25,325 nucleotides of DNA from Podospora anserina. Its lineage: Eukaryota. The position numbers were made by a program, and so were the translations under genes. The stretch is taken from NCBI GenBank assembly GCA_017654855.1, contig CM030338.1, forward strand, positions 4,154,001 through 4,179,325, read 5' to 3'. Below the pieces are notes generated by a model. The model was given only the letters and a program-made list of their open reading frames with translations. It did not search any database and was not told the DNA's origin. Shown here one piece after another: positions 10,598-20,600 of this stretch; position 1 is the stretch's first letter; each line of letters starts with the position of its first letter.

Positions 10598-12075
10598 ATG
10601 TCATCAACGCTTTTTACAAAGTCCATTCACGACATGTCATGGGAAGAATTCACCGCCACCAAGAAATTCGGCCCTCCCAATGATCTCGTTAAAGAGATTA
10701 TTCGGAAAGCGCGCCTTCAAGGTATCGACAGGGTCTATGGCTCTGGTCCCCGCGCGGCATCTTCCTTCCCCAAGGCGATGACACTCTCTGGCCTGTTCGT
10801 TTTGGCCTTAACCTGGTTGCCGACCCAGGAGATCATGTTGTGGGAAGGCGGCCCGACTGGATCAACACCACTTTCGTGGAGCAGTTTTCGATTGACACTA
10901 TCAAATATCTTTTTCCTGGCTTGAGAATAACGACCCCCCCTGATCGGACTCACATCTACGGTATCCATGTAGCTTCCCTCACTTGCGCTATGTATGACCT
11001 TCAAGGTCAACTAGAGGCCAAGCAGTGGCTCACTAGCTCGGTCCTTACCTGCGCTCTTCGGTACTCTCTTCAGGGAATCCTCGAGCGTTGTATATGGATC
11101 CCTGGAGAGCCTCTGAACCCTGTTATAATGAAGTCGTCGATGCGCTTTTTCCTGCCTAACGACAACCACAACGCCTTTGACCGACGATACTGGGTCCTCC
11201 CCATTCATGTCAACAACGGAAGCCACTGGGCAGTAGGCATCTACGACGTTGCTACTGGCATTTTGGTTTATATGGACTCGTCGAAGGATTGGAAGGGGTA
11301 TTAAGCTAATGCTATTTCTTGCCTGGTATCTTACATCCGTCACGCTTTCCACTGCAGCCTTGACGTGAAAGTGAGGAGGCCAGCCTGCGGTGAACAGGGC
11401 GGGGCGTGGGAATGTGGTCTTTGGGTCTTGGAGCACTGCCGTACCTACTTTCAGGGAGGTGTTTCGTACGGTGAAGAGGAGGATTTAACGGTAGTAAAGG
11501 CTTGGAGAGGAGATCGTTGCTACAGAGACTGCAAGACCGTGGGCGTTGCGGGGAAGAAGATGATAAGGTTGTGGATGGCTTATGTGAAAAGGTCTTTGGG
11601 TTGTGAGCCTGATCAGAGGGTGCGTGATAAGAAATGGAGGAGGAGGGGCCTGGAGGACTTGATGGACGCGGAAGGATTCAACCTGCCAAGCACCCTCTCG
11701 TCTCCTTTCAAGTCTCCACCAATTCCCCGGTTTGCTTCCCTCCCTGGTTCTCCGTTAGCTTTGGTTACTACTGTTGAGGGAGATGAGTGCGTCGTGGGTC
11801 TTCCCTCTGATCATGAAGGGTTTGGACCAAGTAGCGTGTCGAGCAACTCTCAACGACCAAGCAGGGTAGCAACCCCCTTTGGGTTCCGCACTCCTGTGAC
11901 AATGGACTCGCCGCTCCTCTCTGGGCCTGTAATTGCCCGTCCCCTACTTATGACCACTCAGGATCGCCAACAACACACCTTTCGCCTGATCACACACCTG
12001 GTTTCATGGGATGGGAGTGGGCTCCTGGAGTTCCTCAGAGACGAAGGGAGGAGGTCGTTAGGTCACCAGTTGTGA
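10598..12075 (+). pseudogene. Ulp1/SENP-like (peptidase C48, clan CE) cysteine protease accessory gene
   Basis: LEAKQWLTSSVL, WVLPIHVNNGSHWAV (His 11224), YMDS (Asp 11275) and GEQGGAWECGLWVL (Gln; Cys 11413) give the W..HW..D..Q..C order of C48 proteases. One frameshift near 10700-10760 and an in-frame TAA at 11302. Confidence 0.85.
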
Positions 12076-12277
12076 TGGCTCGACAGGGACGGAGGTATGC
12101 TCTGAGATCCGAGAAGTGAGGGTGCTCTTCTCTCTGATCAAGGGAGAATGGATAAAGGGATAGCAGGATTACATCGTTTTCCCTTCTTTCTGCTAAACGA
12201 TATTTTCTTTTTTTTGGTTTGTAAGGGATTTTTTTCTTGTATACGCATTTGCCCACTGGTTTGTAGTAGTCAAATGC

Positions 12278-12286
12278 GAAGGGAGG
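12278..12286 (+). promoter_or_regulatory. Polypurine tract
   Basis: GAAGGGAGG, 2 nt before the 3' LTR. Confidence 0.75.
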
Positions 12287-12288
12287 TT

Positions 12289-12651
12289 TGGTTTGGGGTG
12301 CGGCCACAGGCCTGAGAGTATGAGTAAGGAAGCGGGGCTCTCAGAGGACTCAGGGGTTCAGGGGTCATGTATATAAGCGGTCTGCTTCGGACATTCTATT
12401 TCAGACAGATCATCGACTTTTATTCTTTGCTTCGTATTTTGTGCCTTGCACGCGTGCAGGCAATTCTGGCCCTCTGATCAGGCCAATCCGGTGCTTATTA
12501 TGTGGCCTGCGAGCCCATAGTGTCTTTTCTTTGTCCTACGTGAAGTGCGGCCTGCGAGCGAGTCACTGTCACGCAGGTGTGTTCATTCTGAGACCTGTTG
12601 AGAGTATATTTGTGGTGTTGTGGTTGTTTTGTGTGTTTTCTCACCATTTCA
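12289..12651 (+). repeat. 3' LTR (363 bp)
   Basis: Direct repeat of 790-1152 with TG...CA ends. Confidence 0.97.
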
Positions 12652-12763
12652 GTAGGCGCTGTGGTAGGTACTGTGGTAGGCGCTGTAGTAGGCGCTGTGG
12701 TAGGCGCTGTGGTAGGCGCTGTGGTAGGCACTGTGGTAGGCGCTGTGGTAGGCGCTGTGGTAG
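12652..12763 (+). repeat. 12-bp coding minisatellite (gtaggcgctgtg)n, PTTA repeats on the minus strand; left part at 762-789
   Basis: Nine units to the right of the element and two to the left. It lies in the Copia protease-to-integrase linker. Confidence 0.92.
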
Positions 12764-13760
12764 CTGGAAATTCAGGCGTAATGGTGGTTGATTTAGGGTC
12801 TGAATCGCTGTCTTTAGTGCTGTAGCACCAAATAGAGCCGTATGCTTGTGGCGTTGAATGCTTTATTTTAGCTGGAACCGTGGTTTTGGTAGTAAAAAAG
12901 AACCCATTTTTCTTGAAGTTAAGGAGGGCTAGTAGCTTCCTGGAAGCCGAATATAGGCGGTCCTTAAGAAGGGTCCTACCGGAGGCGTAGAGTCTGTGAC
13001 CACTAACTATATTCAGTGGAAAGTCTGGAATATAGAGGGTCTCTTTAAGGGCTATAGTAGTATATACCGCTTTTTTGCCCTCAAAACCACTAAAGAATTT
13101 AACTTCTATAGTGCCTTTGCCTTATGGCTTAACTGGGCCACCGCCTGTACTAACATAGCCCAGGGAAGAAAAGAACTATAGGTTAGTAAATAAGGCTTTA
13201 TTATTGCAAATATGCACTGTAGAGCCTGTATCGAAGAGCCACTGGGTACGTGGTGTAGCGGTTGAGTGGCTAAATTTAGCTAGTTCTTCGGGAGGATTAG
13301 GCCCTAGGTCGTTATATTCTTTAGTTATATTACTTCCAAATACAGTGCTTGAGTTAAGGTCGTAGCCTATAGTAAAGGCCTCGGTAGCGAGTAGGTCCTT
13401 TTGGTCCTTGCGGTCGTCTTTGCGACTGTCCTTACGGCCGTCTTTACGGCCGTTACAGCGGTCGTTATAGCGGTCGTCCTTTTTTAAGCCTTTCTTCCAC
13501 TGCTTATTGCCCTGTTTTTTATAAGGCTTTTGGTCCTTATTTAGTAAGGACCGGTGAGCTTAAGAAGCCTAAAAGCTAAGCTTCTTTTCGTTACTAACAG
13601 GCTTGTAAGTAGCCTATAGGGCCTGTAATTAGTGGGCAGTGGAAGTAGCCGAATTACGGGTTTCGGCTAAAAGGTCTTCCTAGAAATATAAAAGGCTTAG
13701 CCTATTAGTTATTCTTCGATGGATTGTAGTATAATCCGTTGAAAAGCGCACTAAAAAAAA
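12652..13760 (-). mobile_element. RIP-degraded Ty1/Copia retrotransposon, gag C-terminus and protease (5'-truncated)
   Basis: Minus strand reads TQWLFDTGSTVHICNNKALF (~13185-13250) and TLYIPDFPLNIVSGHRLY, typical of a Copia protease. It is continuous with 1-789 once the Gypsy is removed. No 5' LTR is recognisable before the tandem array. Confidence 0.88.
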
Positions 13761-13805
13761 AGGCCCCACTTTAGAAACAGGGGGTAGGATCCGTTAAAGA
13801 ATTCA

Positions 13806-15562
13806 GTTGTACGATCCGATGGGATTTCTCCCGTCAAAATAAAAAGCAAAGATAGTATTAGAATCGCCTAGACGAGCTGCACAGAATAGTATAAGGTGTA
13901 TTATCGTACGAGCGGTGTGGAATTGTAAGTAAAAGATATAAAGTTAGGTATAAGTATATTAGTAATGTACGTAGATAGTAAAGTGAGGTTGGGTAATAGA
14001 AGGGTAAGTTGTACGATCCGATGGGATTTCTTCCGTTAAAATAAAAAGTAAAGATAGTATTAGAATTGCCTGAACGAGCTGTATAGAATGGTATAAGGTA
14101 TATTATTATACGAGTGGTATGGAATTATAAATAAAAGATATAAAGTTAGGTATAAGTATATTAGTAATATACGTGGATAGTAAAGTAAGGTTAAGTAATA
14201 GAAGGGTAAGTTGTACGATCCGATAGGATTTCTTCCGTTAAAATAAAAAGTAAAGATAATATTAAAATTACTTAAACGAGTTGTATAGAATAATAAAAAG
14301 TATATTATTATACGAGCGGTGTAAAATTATAAGTAAAAGATATAAAGTTAGGTATAAATATATTAGTAATATACGTAAATAGTAAAGTAAGGTTAGGTAA
14401 TAGAAAGGTAAATTGTATAATCCGATAAGATTTTTTCCGTTAAAATAAAAAGTAAAAATAGTATTAGAATTACCTAAACGAATTATATAGAATAGTAAAA
14501 GGTATATTATTATATAAGCGGTATAGAATTATAAATAAAAAATATAAAGTTAAGTATAAATATATTAGTAATATATGTAGATAGTAAAGTAAGGTTAGGT
14601 AATAGAAGGGTAAGTTATATAATTTAATAGGATTTCTCTTATTAATATAAAAAGTAAAAATATTATTAAAATTATCTAAACGAGCTATATAGAATAGTAT
14701 AGGGTATATTATTATACGAGCGGTGTAGAATTATAAATAGTAGATATAAAGTTAGGTATAAGTGTACTAGTAATATACGTAAATAATAAAGTAAGGTTAA
14801 GTAATAAAAAAATAAGTTATACGATCCGATAGGATTTTTCTTATTAAAATAAAAAGTAAAGATACTATTAGAAATAACTAAACGAGCTATATAAAATAGT
14901 ATAAAGTATATTATCGTACGAGCGGTATAGAATTATAAATAAAAAATATAAAGTTAGGTATAAGTATATTAGTAATGTACGTGGATAGTAAAGTAAAGTT
15001 AGGTGATAGAAGGGTAAGTTATACGATCCGATAGGATTTCTCTTATTAATATAAAAAGTAAAGATATTATTAAAATTGCCTAAACGAGCTGTATAGAATA
15101 GTATAGGGTATATTATTATACGAGCGGTGTAGAATTATAAATAGTAGATATAAAGTTAGGTATAAGTATACTAGTAATATACGTAGATAGTAAAGTAAGG
15201 TTAGGTAATAGAAAAGTAAGTTATACGATCCGATAGGATTTCTTTTATTAAAATAAAAAGTAAAAATATTATTAAAAATAATTAAACGAGCTATATAGAA
15301 TAATATAAAGTATATTATTATACGAGCGGTATAGAATTATAAATAAAAAATATAAAGTTAAGTATAAATATATTAGTAATATATATAAATAGTAAAGTAA
15401 GGTTAGGTAATAGAAAGGTAAGTTATACGATCCGATAAGATTTTTTCTATTAATATAAAAAGCAAAAACACTATTAAAATTACTTAAACGAACTGTATAA
15501 AATAATATAAAGTATATTATTATACGAGCGGTATAGAATTATAAATAAAAAATATAAAATTA
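13806..15562. repeat. 202-bp tandem array, about 8.7 units, RIP-mutated
   Basis: Unit starts (gttgtacgatccgat) at 13806, 14008, 14210, 14412, 14614, 14816, 15018, 15220 and 15422. Length is constant and differences are mostly transitions. Confidence 0.96.
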
Positions 15563-16459
15563 ATCGACTTTTATTATTGTACGACTTATTTAATTATTAG
15601 AATTATTAATAACTATAGGCTCCTAGCTCTTTTCCGCTGCTCCTTTATTTCCTTCGCTCTTTTCCTCGGCTTTAGTACTATTTTATTTAGTAATATAAAA
15701 GCTATATTTATTACCGTAATCCCTCTACTTATAATTATTATAAGTACTACCCTAGTACCTATCTATCGTACGATAATCCTTAAACAGCCCTCTATTAGGC
15801 TTACTAGTATAGGTAGTATAGGGAAAGGTAGTTATTAAACTACGGCTCTAAATTAAAATTATATTTAGGTAGTTCGGACGAGCTAGTACTTTAGCCCCCT
15901 TTACTTTACCGGAGATACATTTAATATTAGCCGATAGTAAAACCGAAATTACTTATTGTGTTTCCTATATATTTATTAGTTTAAATATTATTATACAGGA
16001 AAAATATATATTAATATTAATATAGAAACTATTTATTAGGCTCTTAATATAAAGCTAGCTAGTATTAATAACCTTATACGAGCTACGGGTAGTAAGGATA
16101 AAAGTTATTTTAAATATTTATTTAAAAGTTAATTAATTTATACGATTAAAAATTTATTAAAAAAAGGCTTTAATTAAAATTAAACTTATATTTTTAGAAA
16201 CTTTAAGACCGTATATATTATTTAATTATTATATTTTAAGATTTTTATATTATTTTTTAAATAATAATATTAATAAATAATAAATCTATAAACCCTATAT
16301 AAAAATTATATAATATTCTTTTATTATTATATAATATTTTATTATATAATATTTATATTATTTTATTATACAATATTTATATTATTTTATTATACGATAG
16401 GCCTATTATATAACCGTCCGGGAACTAAATATTTATATTTTTTAATTAAATTTTATTAT

Positions 16460-17350
16460 ACGGTACTTAGACGGCTTAATCGGAATAATAAGGCTATGTT
16501 ATATAGCTAATTTGTCGAGGGATTTAAAAGAAAAGGCTTACTTTATAGACCCAGACCCCGGCAACCGTACGCTACTGCCTTCTTACCGAGGTATGCCCTA
16601 ACTATCGTACGGGACTAGCAACTATACGCCACTGCCTTCCTGCCGAGGCATGCCCTGACTATCGTACGGTACCTAGACGCTTTAATCGGAATAATAACGC
16701 TCTATTACAAAGCTAGCTTATCGAGGGATTTAGAAGAAAAGGTCCGCTTTTAAAGACCTAGATCCGGTAACCGTACCCCACTGCCTTCCTACCTAGGCAT
16801 GCCCTAACTATCGTACGGTATTTAAACGCTTTAATCGGAATAATAAGGCTCTATTATATAGCTGGGTAGTCGAGGTAGTTAAAAGAAATGGTCCTAGATC
16901 CTTATAGCCGCACGCTACTGCCTTCGCGCCTAGGCGAGCCTTACTTACTGTACGGGACCTAAACGCCTAGATCGGAATAATAAGGCTCTATTATATAGCT
17001 GGGCAGTCGAGGTAGTTGGAAAAAATGGTCCTAGATCTTCGTAGCCGCACGCTACTACCTTCGTGCCCAGGCGAGCCTTACTTACCGTACGGGACCCAGA
17101 CGCCTAGATCGGAATAATAAGGCTCTATTATATAGCTGGCCTGTCGAGGGATTTGGAAGAAAAGGCTTGCTTTGGAAGAAAAGGTCTGCTTTTGCAGACC
17201 CAGACCCCGGCAACCGCACGCTATTGCCTTCCTGCCTAGGCACGCTCTAACTATTGTATGGGACTAGTAACCGCACTTTACTGCCTTCCTGCCTAGGTAC
17301 GCTCTGACTATTGTACGGGACTTAGACCCCGGTAACCGTACGCTACTATC
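16460..17350. repeat. Complex GC-richer tandem repeat block upstream of the helicase relic
   Basis: ATCGGAATAATAA at 16479, 16685, 16834, 16971 and 17108 (periods 206, 149, 137, 137). The sub-motif CTACTGCCTTC...AGGC recurs about 7 times. Confidence 0.88.
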
Positions 17351-17649
17351 CTTATTTATTTATACGTAACCCACTTTACTTTTAATAAAGTATTTTTTTT
17401 TAAAAAAACTTATTAATAAATTTTAATTTAATAATATTTTATATTATATATAACTATTATATTATTATTAATATTATACTAGAATGGACCTTTTTATTTA
17501 TATTTCCCGCTTTTAAATTTTTATTTATAGGAAATATAAGGTAGCTATTCTTATGGATAAGGTACCTATCTATTTTCGTATATTCTATAAAGATATTATA
17601 GTTATAGATAGACTAAATATTATACGAAAGTATAATAATTTATTAGCGG

Positions 17650-20600
17650 TCTTTCGAAAATAATAAAACTTAATAAACTTTATACTTCTTTCTATAGTAA
17701 TTAATTTAATTTTAAAATTAAGGAAGCTTTCTTTTAATAGATTAAAATACGATACTTACGTTTATATTGTACGGATTAAGAGGGCGATATAGAAGTACTG
17801 CTGTACGAGGTACGATTAGGTTAACCCTAATATAAAAGAGGGAAATATTAAGGTAGCCTAATAATATTAGGGACTTTGGATAATTAAGATATATTATTAA
17901 CGGTTTTTTAAAAGCCGGTTAGCTATTAGATATTTTAAGGTACGATTAACGGAGCTGGTAGTTAAGAGTTTTAACTTTATATAATAAACTTAAAAACGAA
18001 AAGAGTAGTTTATAGTATTTTATTATACGATTAACTTAACCCTTTAATAAATATTAATAATTATTATAGTAAGTAAGGGACGATTAGTTTTAAATCCCTA
18101 ATTAAATAGAATAAATTAAATATATTATTTTAGGTTTTTAAACCGGTAAGCCGTATATTATTTAACCTTTTTTAATTTAAACGAAGGATAATTAGACGGT
18201 AAGAATTTAATTATTTTTATAATCCTTTATAAAATCTAGGAGAGGATTAACTAAGTTATTACCGATATAATAGTAAAGTCGTTATCCGATAAAGTCGGTT
18301 ACTCGGTTTTATTCGAGGTTAATAAAAAGATAATTAATTAAAAACCTTTTAAACTTTTTAATAGTAATAGTTTAGTCCTTTATACGATATAAAAATATTT
18401 TTTTATTTAAAAAAAGATTTTTAAGTATATTTACCGTATATAGAGTTAGGATTAATAGGATCGGTTACCGTACGATTTAAACGCTAATTAAATAAAAAGT
18501 TTAAAAATTATTATATAAATAGTATAAGAGTTTTATTACGGTAGCGATAAAGCCGGAAGAAAGTTATTAAATTAAATACTTATCGATTTTTTTATTAGAC
18601 TTTTAGATTATCCTTTCCTATAGTCGTTATACGAAAGCGCCCTCCTCTCTACCCTAACTACTATAGCCCTAAAGGATAATAAAAAGTAGTATACCCCGTC
18701 CAACTTTATATTATTCCTCTTTACTATCGTTACCCTCGGTAAGGCCTTTATCGTACGATATTTATTTTATAAATTTACCCGGCTAAAAAAAATAAATAAA
18801 AAACCTAATCTCTTTAATATTATCCGTTTTAAAGTCTCGAGGTTTATAACTAAAGTTTATTAAAGTAATTACCCTACACTAATAGACTAAGTTTTAGAGG
18901 CTCGTACGTATAATATAATTATTAATAGTTTTACGGTATCCGAAAGTAGGCTTACGTTTAACGGTACTACTATTATATACTAAAATATCTTTATTACTAT
19001 TAACGCCCTAACCGAAATAATATATATTTTAATTAATAAAATTAATCGTACGGTCCAAAACCTAATTTTTTCGTTAATATTAAGCATTTCTATCCTAGAG
19101 ATTTCTTAAAATAATTTAAAGGATAATATAAGCTAGAATAAAATTAGGTATTCCTTTCTTTCCGATCTTAATAATATATATTTCCAGCGGCCTTAAAATT
19201 AAATTATACAACGAATTACCGAAAATCCTTCCCTTACTTAATTTTAATTAAAAGAATAGGGCGATAATTATATTTATTATATAACCGAAACCTAATCGTA
19301 CCTAGACCGGGTAAATAGGCTCCGATCCCTCCTTTTTATTATTATCTATTTATTAATAGGGTTACCGCTTTATATAATAAAACTTTTAAATATAAAGTTC
19401 TATAATATACCGGTTAAAGGGCTTAAAAATATATTTATTTAGTACGGTATAATCGTAATTATATTACGGTATAATAAAGAGTTAAACTATACCGGATAAT
19501 TAAAAATTATTTATCGCTATCTCCTAAAGAAGTTAAATATAAACGTTGTATAATACTTTTAACTTATCTACCCCTTTTACTTTAATTTATAATATTAATT
19601 TAATAAAGCCTTTACCCTTACCTTATTCTTTTAGGATTTTAAATTTATATAGTTATTTAAAAATATTAAGTTTAAGGGTACCGGCTAAAATATATCCTCT
19701 AGTAACCTAGAAAATTAATAGTTGTTTAACAAAGTTAGCCGGGCCCTCGCATCGTATATAGAACGCTACCTCGGATCTAAAATTAATATTCGGCCCTAAC
19801 GTTATATTATTATAGGTATTACCTACTAATTTCTTACTTATTTTATTCTAAAAAGTTTATTAAAAAATAAAATAATACTATCGTCCGATAATTATAACGG
19901 ATCTAATTTTAATTATAACGAGGATAATAAAAATAAAGGATTTAATCCTATTATTACGGTTTAAACCGGTTACTCGGAAAAGATTATTAGAATAGTATAT
20001 ATTAAGTATATTAATTAGGGAAAGTTAAAGTATATTATATAATAATAATAATTTATAAAGTTTAATTAGTTATAATATTAATTATTTATTTTCGGCTCGG
20101 ACGATACTTTAACCTTCTAGTAAACTAAAACTAATCTCTTTTAGAACTAACGTTATACTATACGGTAAGGACGACTCCGGTACCTAACTAGCTTTAATAT
20201 TAAAGGCCATTTCCGTTAAATACTTAATAACCCTAATATTAATTTTAAGGGTAACTAGCGTAAGGTATTAACTTCTATCGTATAAGGGTTTAGCCTAATC
20301 CTTTATATTACCGGGATAAATAATAAAAAAAATATTATTTTTTTATTCTTAACTTATTATACGAAGGACGGGGTTACTATTATTATTTTTCCTTTTATAG
20401 TACTATAAGAGGATATAGCCCGGCGTTATAAAGAATTAAAGATTAATTATACGATTTAGAGCTTTAAAGAGGTTTCGATTAATTAAATTATTTTTATAAC
20501 CCCGGAGGCCTTTAATATTAAAACGTTTAAAACCTTCGTTAATAAATTTAACGTATAATAATAGTTTAACCGGATTATTTTTAACGAATGCTATATTATT

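Larger units (their letters stand above)
971..12482. repeat. Dispersed semi-palindromic motif, core CTGATC/GATCAG, consensus about CCYCTGATCAGRGG, ~38 copies
   Basis: Cores found by eye at about 975, 1305, 1599, 1925, 2147, 2204, 2807, 3071, 3430, 3811, 4139, 5062, 5261, 5437, 5667, 5707, 6024, 6543, 6659, 7197, 7532, 7925, 7947, 8274, 8455, 8933, 9166, 9528, 9590, 9833, 10216, 10548, 10940, 11609, 11807, 11986, 12134 and 12474. About 6 are expected by chance for a 6-mer on two strands of 11.9 kb at equal base frequencies. Confidence 0.9.
790..12651 (+). mobile_element. Full-length Ty3/Gypsy LTR retrotransposon (non-chromovirus, single gag-pol frame) with two accessory genes
   Basis: Paired TG...CA LTRs, TSD, PBS and PPT. 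Domain order is gag-PR-RT-RNaseH-IN, followed by a 3.3-kb extra region between the pol stop (8965) and the 3' LTR. Confidence 0.97.

Noticed and set aside
8966-12288. env-like gene after pol
   Set aside because: No signal peptide or transmembrane anchor is evident. The ORFs are better explained as a Cys-rich protein and a C48 protease.
975-12482. GATC enrichment as bacterial Dam or restriction-site signal
   Set aside because: The DNA is fungal, and the enrichment is specific to the extended CTGATC context within one element.
15563-16460. Possible gene or transposon remnant
   Set aside because: Too RIP-degraded and AT-rich for me to recognise any motif.
13806-17350. CRISPR-like array
   Set aside because: Whole units repeat with no unique spacers, no cas genes are present, and the context is eukaryotic.
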